Assembly (NCBI GenBank): GCA_038727095.1
Contig: JAVYWK010000001.1
Span: 1 to 64,000, forward strand
Direction: 5' to 3'
DNA: 64,000 nt
Origin: Thermofilaceae archaeon
Lineage (GTDB): Archaea; Thermoproteota; Thermoprotei; Thermofilales; Thermofilaceae
Below, one piece after another: positions 46,208-55,552 of the stretch. The position numbers were made by a program, and so were the translations under genes. Under the pieces are notes generated by a model that saw only the letters and a list, made by a program, of their open reading frames with translations, was not told the origin of the DNA and ran no database searches. How positions within the stretch are numbered: the first letter of the stretch is position 1; every line of letters begins with the position of its first letter.

Positions 46208-48001
46208 CTAGGGAGGCAGCACCTCCAAGAAGCCTAGTTTGAAGGCCCGGAGGCTCTTCAGGAGAGCAACCTCCTCTTCGCTCAAATCGCCTGCGAACTT
46301 CTCGAGCAGCTTGTTGATGTGCTCGAGGGGAACGTCCACGTAGAGGATATCACCCTCCTTAACCTGCCTCCCGATGATGACTTTCCCCCGGATCGAGACC
46401 GCAACTTCCTGTCCTTTGACCGCTTCATCGACCGGCTTCCTCTGCACTTGTATCTGCATGACCTCACCCGCCTCCCGGCCCTCCCTCGTTATGAGGGGAG
46501 AGCCTCGGCGCACTCTACCTGCAAGGACTTTTACTCCCACGATCGCCGGGTCACTCCTCCTGAACACGTAGCCGGGGAGGATCTGGATCTTCCCGGGAAG
46601 AATCAGCCTACCGAGCTCCGCCCTCTTCTCGCTCTCTCTCTCGCTCTCGTACCATTTCAGGTACTCCTCGAACAGCTGGTAAATCACGTTGCTTTGGAAG
46701 ATTCGTAGGCCCCGAGCCTTCGCTTCAACCTCGCCCTCCTCTGTGACCTTTACGTTGAAGGCCAAGATAACCGCTCTCAATCTATCAGTGTTCTTGACGA
46801 TTTCGGCCTCTACCACGTCACGCTTTACGACCGGCCCCACGTCCGCATACCTGACTGGTACATCGAACCTACGCAGGTAACTGACGAGGGCTTCCAGCGT
46901 CCCCAGCGTATCCGCCTTGACGACGACACCCACAGTGTCCCGCGCAACCCTGACGGACTTTACCTCCTCCTCAACTTCACTAACTAATTTTTTCACTTCC
47001 TCATCTGTAGGGGCGGCTAAAAACGGGGCACCGGGGATAGCTCCATCGAGGTCTGGAGCGGCCACAAGCACTCCCGCGGCCGCTCTCACCTCATCCATCA
47101 GGTAGAAGCGATCCTCTGGCGACCTCATCTCGTCAAGCGGCTTAGGCATGAGGATCGCTCTAACTCGCGTCACAATCGTCTTCTCCATGCCCCCTACGAC
47201 AACGGTATCCCCCTTCCTTAGAACACCATCGTACAGGATCACAGCCACGGTGGTCCCCAGACCGGGCGTCTCCTTCACTTCGAGCACTACCCCCTTTGCC
47301 GGGCCTTCTGCTACGTGGAGCCGGTTAATCAAGTACCTCTGGGCAAGCCCTGCCAGAACCAGCATCAAGTCAGCTATGCCCTCGCCCGTAAGCGCGCTGA
47401 TAGGGACGATCGCGACAGTCCTCGTGAAATCCCTGACCCTGTCGTACCTATCCGCCATGAAGCCCTCCCTGTTTAGATCAACGATCAAGGCTGCGAGGAG
47501 CTCTTCGAGCTTCATTTGCACGTCGGGATCCTGCAGCGCGAAGCTCTGGACGAACGAGGCTCCAGGGTGGGGCTCCCAGCCGGGGATCCTATCAATCTTG
47601 TTGGCTGCGACGATGAATGGCACGCGCCTTGACTTCAGCAGCTCAATCGCCTCGTAGGTCTGCTTCTCAAAGCCCCTGTTTACGTCCACGACGAGAATCG
47701 CAAGGTCAGCTACGCTACCACCCCGGCGCCGGAGGTTCGAGAAGGCCTCGTGGCCGGGCGTGTCTATAACGAGGAAGCCCGGTATCTTAACCGTTGCGCG
47801 GAGCTGCTTGGTGAGCGGAGCACACATGCTCTCGAGCGCGCTCCACGGTAGGTACGATGCTCCGATGTGCTGCGTCATAGTCCCCGGCTCCCTCCTCGCG
47901 ACAGCTGTTCCCCTTATCTTATCCAACAATGTCGTCTTCCCAACATCTACGTGACCCAGTACTACTAGGATTGGGGACCGCACATGCACTGCTTCCTGCA
48001 C
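46208..48001 (-). CDS. infB: Translation initiation factor aIF5B (IF-2)
   Basis: GHVDVGKTTLLD, TQHIGA, DTPGHEAF, NKID, KADTLGTLEAL. Confidence 0.96.
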   Translation of the reverse strand: MQEAVHVRSPILVVLGHVDVGKTTLLDKIRGTAVARREPGTMTQHIGASYLPWSALESMCAPLTKQLRATVKIPGFLVIDTPGHEAFSNLRRRGGSVADLAILVVDVNRGFEKQTYEAIELLKSRRVPFIVAANKIDRIPGWEPHPGASFVQSFALQDPDVQMKLEELLAALIVDLNREGFMADRYDRVRDFTRTVAIVPISALTGEGIADLMLVLAGLAQRYLINRLHVAEGPAKGVVLEVKETPGLGTTVAVILYDGVLRKGDTVVVGGMEKTIVTRVRAILMPKPLDEMRSPEDRFYLMDEVRAAAGVLVAAPDLDGAIPGAPFLAAPTDEEVKKLVSEVEEEVKSVRVARDTVGVVVKADTLGTLEALVSYLRRFDVPVRYADVGPVVKRDVVEAEIVKNTDRLRAVILAFNVKVTEEGEVEAKARGLRIFQSNVIYQLFEEYLKWYESERESEKRAELGRLILPGKIQILPGYVFRRSDPAIVGVKVLAGRVRRGSPLITREGREAGEVMQIQVQRKPVDEAVKGQEVAVSIRGKVIIGRQVKEGDILYVDVPLEHINKLLEKFAGDLSEEEVALLKSLRAFKLGFLEVLPP

Positions 48002-48065
48002 ATGACCACCGATCTCACGAGTCCCGGCAGCTTAATATTTATATGGGGCCGTACGCGCATGCTCC

Positions 48066-48121
48066 GCAAGTGATGACGAAGAGACGATTGGACCGGTGAT
48101 ATGATCTGTCTCGGCTGACCA
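48066..48121 (+). ncRNA. C/D box methylation-guide sRNA (probable 23S PTC targets)
   Basis: C GTGATGA 48070-76, D' TGGA 48089-92, C' GTGATAT 48096-102, D CTGA 48115-18; AT-rich TATA upstream. Confidence 0.8.
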
Positions 48122-48521
48122 GCAACCTTCATCCCCCTTCTCTTCTCCCGCGTGATACGGGCCCCACAACTGCCGCAGAGGCGAATCAACTCTTAAATGG
48201 CAGGATCGCTCCTCGACACCCCTTCATCGTGTAGCCTAACTTTGGAGGAGCAATTGGGAACAACGGAGGCTTTACGCTTAGGTAGTAGCTGTCGACCGTG
48301 CCGCTCCTTAAAATTTACCAATCGGTGGGTTGCATTTACGACTAGGGTCAATCACCACATCGGTCTTTTCTCTCTCCTTGAGTATCGTATCATAAGGCCT
48401 CGCGGCGGCAGAGATGCTCTCACGACAAAGGCTTACCCTACTTTTCGAGAGCTTTCGTTCACGCTTAGCTAAAACGTTCAGCTAAAAGACAATATTTTGA
48501 GCTCAGCTGCTCAGTAGCTAC

Positions 48522-49268
48522 GTGCACCTCAACAACGTGTCAGTAGCGTTCGTTGAACCCCTTTACGAGATCAACGTGGGTTACGTAGCTCGATGCATGA
48601 AGAACTTCGGGTTGACAAAGCTGATCCTCGTGAAACCTAGGTGCCGCATCGGCGATGAAGCCCACCGCTTCTCTGCTCACGCTCAAGATGTCCTCGTAAG
48701 CGCTCGCATAGCCGATAGCCTCGCCGAGCTGAGGGAAGAGTTCGACCTCATCGTAGGCACCACCGGCGTCGCTACGAAGGATTTCGACCTCGTCCGCCGC
48801 TGGGTCCCCCCCGATCAGCTCGCTAGGAGAGTAGCTGAGCAGGAGGGGACGATCCTCCTCGTGCTGGGGAGAGAGGACATAGGCCTTACGAACGAGGAGC
48901 TCTCCCTCTGCGATATCGTTTCGATCATCCCGGCCAATCCCGAGTACCCGATAATGAACGTGTCCCACGCGGCCGCAGTCTTCTTCTACGAGATCTACAA
49001 GCAGATGGCCCAGACAGCCCCGGCGTGGCAGCGGGAGAGGATGCCTAGAAGGGAGGAGCTGGAGGTACTCCTACGGTACCTCAAGCTGCTCCTCCTTGAG
49101 CTGGGGGAAAGGGAGGATCGGGCTGAGAGAGCGTGCCTCATGATGAAAAGGCTTCTCGGCGGCGCGACCCCCACTGACGCCGACGTTAGGATGCTACTCG
49201 GCGCATTGAGAGGAGCGTACGAGCGCATACAAGCGCTCAAGGCCTCGGAGCGCCCACAAAGCATATAA
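48522..49268 (+). CDS. trmJ: TrmJ family SPOUT RNA methyltransferase
   Basis: NVGYVARCMKNFG, GREDIGLTNEEL, YPIMNVSHA. Confidence 0.88.
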   Translation: MHLNNVSVAFVEPLYEINVGYVARCMKNFGLTKLILVKPRCRIGDEAHRFSAHAQDVLVSARIADSLAELREEFDLIVGTTGVATKDFDLVRRWVPPDQLARRVAEQEGTILLVLGREDIGLTNEELSLCDIVSIIPANPEYPIMNVSHAAAVFFYEIYKQMAQTAPAWQRERMPRREELEVLLRYLKLLLLELGEREDRAERACLMMKRLLGGATPTDADVRMLLGALRGAYERIQALKASERPQSI

Positions 49269-49298
49269 CCGATAAAAGCTCGAGCAGGGAGAGCAACC

Positions 49299-49829
49299 AT
49301 GCCGCTTAGACCCGGAAGGTGCTACAGGAGGTTCGACACTCCACCCTACACCAGGCTAGAGTACATCAAGAGCATACCGCCCGTCACAATACCGAAGTTC
49401 GAGTTGGGCAACCCGAAAGGTGAGTTCGAGTATACGTTGAAGCTCGTGGCTATGAAGCCCGGACAGATCAGGCAGAACGCTCTGGAGGCGGCGAGGCAGA
49501 TAGCCAACAAGTACCTGTCCACGAAGCTGGGCGAGCAGAGCTACTTCATGAAGATAGTGGTTTTCCCCCACCACATAATTCGGGAGAACAAGATGATGGC
49601 CATGGCCGGGGCCGACCGTCTCCAGGACGGCATGCGCCTCTCCTTCGGCACGCCGATCGGTAGAGCGGCGAGAGTAGATGCGGGGCAAGCCATACTAATG
49701 GTGAAGGTCAACAAGAGCGGCCTCGAGCACGCGAGAGAAGCTCTACGCAGAGCATCGTCCAAGATCTCGCTGCCCTGCAGGGTTGAGATCGAAGCTAGGG
49801 GGCGCACGAGTGAAGGCGCTGCACTCTGA
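49299..49829 (+). CDS. rpl10e: 50S ribosomal protein L10e (uL16)
   Basis: RPGRCYR, ALEAAR, RENKM..AGADRLQDGMR. Confidence 0.96.
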   Translation: MPLRPGRCYRRFDTPPYTRLEYIKSIPPVTIPKFELGNPKGEFEYTLKLVAMKPGQIRQNALEAARQIANKYLSTKLGEQSYFMKIVVFPHHIIRENKMMAMAGADRLQDGMRLSFGTPIGRAARVDAGQAILMVKVNKSGLEHAREALRRASSKISLPCRVEIEARGRTSEGAAL

Positions 49830-50514
49830 ACGAATCAACGCCTGCCTCGACCTCATCTCTAAAGCCCTCCGGGGCGAGCTCCACTCGAGGGAGGATCTAG
49901 TCCTCGAGCTCGAGAGAATCTACGGTCAGAGGGGCGTCGAGCCGATAAGGGGTCGCACCAAGATCAACATCTTCGATAAGGAGGTTTGCACCGTCTACGT
50001 TGTCGCGAAGTACGGGCTGGGCCTCGACCCTGATGAGTACAAGGACTTCTACGAGAAGTTCCTCAACGTAGAGCTGAGGGCTGAGCGAGCTGCTGAGCGC
50101 TTACTCGCCGGTGAGGGTGAGAGGGCAGTCGCAGAGGAGATGGGGGTTGCGGATGAAAACGCGGTGTTCCGAATCGCCAGGCTGGAGGCGACGGCCGTCC
50201 TGATGGGGTTCAAGTCCGAAGAGCGGCTTTCCACCCTTCTTGCTAGACTCGAGGAGGCTTTCCCCCAGCTTACGCAGAAGATCCAGGGCTTCAAAAGGTT
50301 CTTCATCGCATTCGCCGTGGCACAGGCCATAGCCGTCGGCAAAGTGACAACGAGGTTTGAGAAGGAGACGTTGAAGCACGCGCTCTGCATCAAGCTCAAT
50401 GCATCAAAGGCGGCCCCCTCAGACGATTTGATCGGGGACATCGCCATCAACGTTTTAGGTGCTAGCGAGAGGCTTGTCTACAATGCGCTCACCTTAAAAC
50501 ACCAACCCTATTGA
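49810..50514 (+). CDS. DUF2192-like protein
   Basis: PIRG....IFDKE..TVYVVAKYGLGL; crenarchaeal family usually found after rpl10e. Confidence 0.7.
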   Translation: MKALHSERINACLDLISKALRGELHSREDLVLELERIYGQRGVEPIRGRTKINIFDKEVCTVYVVAKYGLGLDPDEYKDFYEKFLNVELRAERAAERLLAGEGERAVAEEMGVADENAVFRIARLEATAVLMGFKSEERLSTLLARLEEAFPQLTQKIQGFKRFFIAFAVAQAIAVGKVTTRFEKETLKHALCIKLNASKAAPSDDLIGDIAINVLGASERLVYNALTLKHQPY

Positions 50515-51251
50515 GGTGTAAGGGAGGGATCTTGGAGCTCGTGGAGACGGGCATCGAGGGCTTAGACGATGTCATAGGTGGGGGCTTCATAAAGGGGAGG
50601 ACGTACCTTGTTGCCGGCGAAACTGGTACCGGGAAGACCCTCTTCTCGCTCAACTTCCTGCTGCATGGCGTTGCGAAGGGGGAGAGCGGTGTCTATCTCC
50701 TGGTGGACGAGGAGTACGAGAGCTTCGTGGAGGGCGCGAAATCCTTCGGCTGGGACATCGAGCCGCTGATAAAGACCGGGCAGCTCTACGTCGTTACTCT
50801 GCTACCCGATTTCATCGAGCGTGTGCGAAGCAAGCCTGTGGAATCTGTGGTCGACTCCATTGTGAGCAACTTGAAAGAGGCTGTTGAGGAAGTGGGTGCC
50901 GAGAGGCTAGTGATCGACCCTATTGCTCCTCTGGTGGTGGAGGAGGAGAGCGTTGTGAAGATGCGGGACTACGTTAGGAGCTTGCTCGTGAACATTGAGC
51001 GGAAGATAGGGGCCACTACTTTAATCACCTCGGAGATCCCAACGGGTTCAACTCAGCTCAGCCGCTTCGGAGTTGAGGAGTTCCTGGCGGCAGGAATCTT
51101 AGTGCTAGGCCTCCGCTACGTGGGTAACAGGTACACGAGGACGATCTGGGTGAGAAAGATGCGATGGAGGCCGGCTGATCCGGCAGTCTACGAGTTTCAG
51201 ATAAAGCCCGGGAAGGGCATCGTTGTTTTGAAGGATAAGAGGCTGGCTTAG
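50511..51251 (+). CDS. KaiC/RAD55-family RecA-fold ATPase
   Basis: TGIEGLD, GETGTGKT, RLVIDP, SRFGVEEF, VRKMR. Confidence 0.88.
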   Translation: MRCKGGILELVETGIEGLDDVIGGGFIKGRTYLVAGETGTGKTLFSLNFLLHGVAKGESGVYLLVDEEYESFVEGAKSFGWDIEPLIKTGQLYVVTLLPDFIERVRSKPVESVVDSIVSNLKEAVEEVGAERLVIDPIAPLVVEEESVVKMRDYVRSLLVNIERKIGATTLITSEIPTGSTQLSRFGVEEFLAAGILVLGLRYVGNRYTRTIWVRKMRWRPADPAVYEFQIKPGKGIVVLKDKRLA

Positions 51252-51311
51252 GGGCCTCGGCTCTGGTGTCGCTCATCAGGGGGCAGCTATACCAGCCTTC
51301 TTCATAGGCCC
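51252..51311 (-). ncRNA. C/D box methylation-guide sRNA
   Basis: Minus strand: GGGCCT-ATGAAGA-12 nt-CTGC-CCC-CTGATGA-12 nt-CCGA-GGCCC with terminal stem. Confidence 0.78.
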
Positions 51312-51394
51312 GTTTTCATATCCCCTTGGGTAAGATCAACTTTGCGCTGCCGAAAGAACATTTTTAACCTTGGCACGCTCGATGTTCGTCGCGA

Positions 51395-51697
51395 ATGAAT
51401 GCATGGTGCTACGTGAAAGTGCACAGGCAAGGCGGAGATATGCTGGTGGCCGTGTGCGATGAAGAGCTTCTCGGGAGAGAGCTCGATACCGGTAGTTTCA
51501 AGCTTCCGATACGCCCGGAGTTCTACGCAGGTGAAAGGGTGCCTCTCGATCGCCTCTGGGAGTACCTTGAGGGGGCGACGATGATTAACGCGTTTGGTGA
51601 TAGGGTTGTCTCTGAGCTTGCGAAGCGCATACCGATCATCAACTTAGCGGCGGTAAGAATTGGTGGGGTGCTGCACGTACAGTTGATACTGAGGTGA
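51395..51697 (+). CDS. DUF424 family protein
   Basis: LVAVCDEELLG, FYAGE, INAFG, IGGVLHVQ. Confidence 0.88.
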   Translation: MNAWCYVKVHRQGGDMLVAVCDEELLGRELDTGSFKLPIRPEFYAGERVPLDRLWEYLEGATMINAFGDRVVSELAKRIPIINLAAVRIGGVLHVQLILR

Positions 51698-52782
51698 CGG
51701 GCTTGGCGCCGGGGAAAAATGGCCTCCTGTCCAGATTATGCCCTGTCTGCGGTAAAGAGGTTAGAGAGCTCTACAACGGGGTTTGCGAAGAATGTTTCAG
51801 AGCAAGGTGGAGCTCCGTTGAGGTGCCCCGAGCCATCGAGGTGACAGTGTGCAAGGTGTGCGGGGCTTACAAGCTGGGGGGTAGGTGGAGGAAAGCGGCT
51901 GGGGGCGACCCTATCGTCGAGGCTGTGAAGGCCGAAGTGAAGAGGAGAGGAAAGACCAGGGGTAGGATCCGCTCTTTGGATGTGAGCCTCGTGGAGGGGG
52001 ATCGCGTGACAATCAGAGTGGTGAGCACCCCTGAGGGGGGCGTGGCGCCTCAAGAGGAGTTGCACGAGGCTGCACTGCACGTGCAGTGGGCTCTGTGCTC
52101 AGATTGCATCATGGCAAAGTCGAGGAGAGAAGCTGCACGCATCCAGGTGCGGGCTAGGGGGAGGCCCTTAACAGCCAGTGAGGTGGAGGAAGTCAAGAGG
52201 ATCGTGGAACGAGGTTTAAGCGCTAGATGGCGTGGGAGCCTCGATCTTTTCGAGGTGGAGGAGAGAGAGGGGGGTGTCGACTTCGTATTCTCCTCTCAAC
52301 CCAGCGCTCGACTAGCTGTGAGCGCGCTAAAGCGCGAGCTCTTCGCTTCCATTTTGGAGACTCGTAAATCTGCTGGCAGCGTATCGGGTAAGCCTGTCGC
52401 CAGGATTACTCTAAGAGTCCTTCTACCGGGTTTCAGGCCGGGTGACATCATTGAGTTTGAGCAACGAGTATACTACGTCCTTGAAGTCGCGCGGCAAGGC
52501 GTGAGAGCGCTCTGCTTACAGACGTACGACGAGCGCACGTTAAGCAACGTGAGGCAACTGATCGAGAGGAGCCGCGTTATACTCAGACGGGAGGAGCTGG
52601 AACCCGCTATTGTAGCTTCTGTAACAGGCGAGAACGTCGATGTGGTACTCACACGCTCTCGCAACGCCATCTCCTTCGCGCTCGCTAAGAAACCGAGCTG
52701 GCTGATCGAGGGGGGGCAAGTGATGCTGGCCTTCATTAACGGCCGGGCGTATCCAGTTCCGCTCGTCCGACCAGCCAGGTAG
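51694..52782 (+). CDS. nmd3: NMD3 family ribosome biogenesis protein
   Basis: CPVCG..CEEC, CKVCG, CSDC, IQVR. Confidence 0.82.
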   Translation: MTGLAPGKNGLLSRLCPVCGKEVRELYNGVCEECFRARWSSVEVPRAIEVTVCKVCGAYKLGGRWRKAAGGDPIVEAVKAEVKRRGKTRGRIRSLDVSLVEGDRVTIRVVSTPEGGVAPQEELHEAALHVQWALCSDCIMAKSRREAARIQVRARGRPLTASEVEEVKRIVERGLSARWRGSLDLFEVEEREGGVDFVFSSQPSARLAVSALKRELFASILETRKSAGSVSGKPVARITLRVLLPGFRPGDIIEFEQRVYYVLEVARQGVRALCLQTYDERTLSNVRQLIERSRVILRREELEPAIVASVTGENVDVVLTRSRNAISFALAKKPSWLIEGGQVMLAFINGRAYPVPLVRPAR

Positions 52783-52819
52783 CGCAAGATATAAAGACGA
52801 CGAAAACACGCGAACGTTC

Positions 52820-53155
52820 GTGCCTAAAAGAAGGGGGGAGGAAGAAAGGAAGGACAGCATGCCGCTGCCTAACGGTAAGGACATGCTGCTGGGCGTTATC
52901 CAGCAGTTCCTGGGCTACGATCGAGCGAGAGTCCTTTGCGAAGACGGGAAGGTTAGGCTCTGCAGGATCCCCGGGAGGTACAAGAAGAGGGTTTGGATGA
53001 GGGTAGGGGATGTCGTACTCGTAGCCCCTTGGGAGTTTCAGCGCGACGAGAAAGGGGACATCATCTACAGGTACTCCGGCGGCGAAGTCCAGAAACTGGA
53101 TAGCATGAGACTCACAGAGGGGCTCAAGAAGGTGCTGGAAGGCACCTCCATGTGA
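52820..53155 (+). CDS. eif1a: Translation initiation factor aIF-1A
   Basis: CEDGKVRLCRIPG, VWMRVGDVVLVAPW, KGDIIYRY. Confidence 0.95.
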   Translation: MPKRRGEEERKDSMPLPNGKDMLLGVIQQFLGYDRARVLCEDGKVRLCRIPGRYKKRVWMRVGDVVLVAPWEFQRDEKGDIIYRYSGGEVQKLDSMRLTEGLKKVLEGTSM

Positions 53156-53284
53156 CACGGTATTCCTCGTAGTATCCGCTAAGACGGGTAAACAGATAGG
53201 CTTCGCTAAACGTTAGGTAGTTGGGGAATCAAGACGAGATCTGCTTGGCGGGGTCACACCACTGTTTTACTGTTGGCCCTGCAG

Positions 53285-54073
53285 TTAGCGCTCTTGCAAG
53301 CACCGTTGAAGGAATTTTCCGGGATCACCCGTTTCGACGCCGAGCCTGGCGAAGTAGAGGAAGATTTTACGGATATCCCGCTCCAGGAACTCCAGAGCTC
53401 TCGGATGCCGCGCGTCAACTGCTGAGCCGAAGTCGATGAGCACTAGCTCATCTCCTCTTACCATGACGTTATACTCGGATAGATCGGCGTGCACGAGCTT
53501 GGCCTTTCTGTATAAAGCGATAATGTACTGTTTCAGGGTTTCAAAAGCAGGAAGGGGGTTTTCAAGCTCTACGTCCTTCAGCAGCGGTGCCGGTCTACCG
53601 CGAGCTTCCGGGTCTCCGATGAACTCCATGACCAGTATGTTGCCACTCCTAGCGATCGGGCGGGGAACTCTCACCCCAGCTTCCCAAGCCCTGATCAGAT
53701 TCCTGTACTCCTTCGAGCACCACGCTTCAACGATTTTTCTGACGTCGCCCCTAAGCCTCCTGAACCTGGGATCACCCTCAAGGTAGGCGAGCCTACCCCT
53801 TCGAAATTCCGAAGCTGTGACAAGGTAGATCTTCAGAGCAAGATCCTCATCTTGCGAACCTTGAGCCCAGTATATCCTCGCCTCCTTCCCGGCCGCAACA
53901 GCCCCGTAAACCCTCTTTATGACTCCTTCATTCAGTAGCTTGTAGAGCGCCATCAAGGTTCTGTAATCAAAAACCTCTTCCACAACTTCCAGAATCCTAC
54001 TATCCTTCACCTTTTTTTCACTTTTCATTTTCTTAACAAGCTTATCAGTTATCTCATCTTCGCTCCATTGCAT
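53285..54073 (-). CDS. rio1: RIO1 serine kinase
   Basis: GKEARIY, ALKIY, GDPRF, KEYRNL, LVHADLSEYNV, IDFG. Confidence 0.93.
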   Translation of the reverse strand: MQWSEDEITDKLVKKMKSEKKVKDSRILEVVEEVFDYRTLMALYKLLNEGVIKRVYGAVAAGKEARIYWAQGSQDEDLALKIYLVTASEFRRGRLAYLEGDPRFRRLRGDVRKIVEAWCSKEYRNLIRAWEAGVRVPRPIARSGNILVMEFIGDPEARGRPAPLLKDVELENPLPAFETLKQYIIALYRKAKLVHADLSEYNVMVRGDELVLIDFGSAVDARHPRALEFLERDIRKIFLYFARLGVETGDPGKFLQRCLQER

Positions 54074-54304
54074 CCAAACGGAAAAGACCCGGCCGTTTTA
54101 AACTGTTTGCTTCGGGACGGTTGCCCTTACTCCCACCAGCGGTTCTTCGCCCGATCACAATAGTTTCGATAGCTCTGAAAGGCTTCCGCGAAAGTTGACG
54201 GGCACGGCTCTTTCCTGAATAGACACGCTGGGGCCCGGAGCAGTGATCCCTTCAGCCTCCAATGGTGCAGAAAGTTCTTAAGCTTGCAACACGAGAGCAG
54301 TACG

Positions 54305-54416
54305 GGGGCCGTAGTCCAGCTTGGTAGGATGCGCGGCTCGGGAGGTTTAGTCTCGGGATCCCGCGTAGGTTGAGCGCCGCGGAGGGACCCGGGTTCAAGT
54401 CCCGGCGGCCCCACCA
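54305..54416 (+). tRNA. tRNA-Pro(CGG) with two introns (37/38: 54343-54359; 44/45: 54367-54384) and encoded CCA
   Basis: Removing both introns gives a canonical cloverleaf GGGGCCG...CGCGG-CTCGGGC-CCGCG-TGGAC-CCGGG-TTCAAGT-CCCGG-CGGCCCC-A-CCA; both junctions fold as bulge-helix-bulge. Confidence 0.9.
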
Positions 54417-54489
54417 CGAGGTCTTAAGATCTTCTGGAAGGGCAAGTATTGGAGGAAAATCTAAAGTGGGCGCTGTAGCCAATGAGCGT

Positions 54490-54984
54490 ATGCAGCTGGA
54501 CGAGCTGGATAGAGTTTTGCTTCGCTCGCTGCTAGCTAACGCGAGAGTTCCCCTATCTGAGGTGGCGAAGAGCATTGGGGCGGCTAGAACAACGCTGAGC
54601 GAGAGGCTTGATAGGCTTGAGCGAGAGGGGGTCGTGAAGGGGTACAGGGCAGACGTCGATTTGCGGAAACTCGGATACAAGTACGTCGCCTTTGTACTCG
54701 TTAAGGTCAGAAGGACGGGAGGTCTTCGAGGCGATAAGTCGAATCAGGAGCTCCTAGCGGAAAAAATCGTTGAAGATTGCTACACGCGGAAAGGCCTCCC
54801 CTGGGTCGAGGAAGCCCACATAATAACCGGTGAGTACGATCTCCTGCTTAAGGTCTGGGCGCGAGAGTGGGATGAACTGACCTCGTTTCTGATCAAGTAC
54901 ATGCCGGAGCACAACGATGTATTGCAAACCCACACAATTCTCGTGTTGAAGACGATTCAAGACGATAAGCGTCCCCCCCTCTAG
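54490..54984 (+). CDS. Lrp/AsnC family transcriptional regulator
   Basis: LDELDR..NARVPLSEVAK..RLDRLEREGVVKGY; ITGEYDLLLK. Confidence 0.9.
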   Translation: MQLDELDRVLLRSLLANARVPLSEVAKSIGAARTTLSERLDRLEREGVVKGYRADVDLRKLGYKYVAFVLVKVRRTGGLRGDKSNQELLAEKIVEDCYTRKGLPWVEEAHIITGEYDLLLKVWAREWDELTSFLIKYMPEHNDVLQTHTILVLKTIQDDKRPPL

Positions 54985-55043
54985 CAGCAAAATCCTGATG
55001 GACTATAAAAAGATTAAAAATAAAAAATAGGTAAATTTACTTT

Positions 55044-55481
55044 CTACTCTTTAATCATTTCCAGCACTAGTGACGGCATTACGTCGCGAGCGCCGTACTT
55101 GTTCTTGATCTCGTTTACGAACTTCTCTAGCTCAATGTTGTCTTTGGCCCAGTAGTCTACGATTACCATGTGGTCGCCGGATGTAACGGCCAGGAATTTG
55201 ACCTCCGGCAGTTCCGTGAGAGCCTTAATCACTTCAAGAAGCCTAGCGGCTTCAACGTTGAAGCCTATGATAGCTCTAGCCCTGTAACCCAGCTTCGAGT
55301 GATCCAGTCGGAGCCTGTAGCCCTTGATTATGCCCTCGTCCTCTAACCTTTTCAACCTCTTCCTAATGGCAACGTCGCTCATGCCAACCTTCTCTGCTAT
55401 CCTTGTTAACGGCATTCGGGCGTTATTTTCTAGCATCTTTATTATCTCCAAGTCCTTTTCATCTATTACCGAGCTCATCAT
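55044..55481 (-). CDS. Lrp/AsnC family transcriptional regulator (LrpA-like)
   Basis: IDEKD..NARMPLTRIA..RLKRLEDEGIIKGY; TSGDHM. Confidence 0.9.
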   Translation of the reverse strand: MMSSVIDEKDLEIIKMLENNARMPLTRIAEKVGMSDVAIRKRLKRLEDEGIIKGYRLRLDHSKLGYRARAIIGFNVEAARLLEVIKALTELPEVKFLAVTSGDHMVIVDYWAKDNIELEKFVNEIKNKYGARDVMPSLVLEMIKE

Positions 55482-55552
55482 GTAAACGCTTGGGGGATGT
55501 AGTATTTTAATTTTTCTCTTCAATAAACTGTTGAATAATCCTTCGATTCTAT

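Noticed and set aside
54127-54489. ORFs overlapping the tRNA
   Set aside because: Spurious translations of the tRNA-Pro gene
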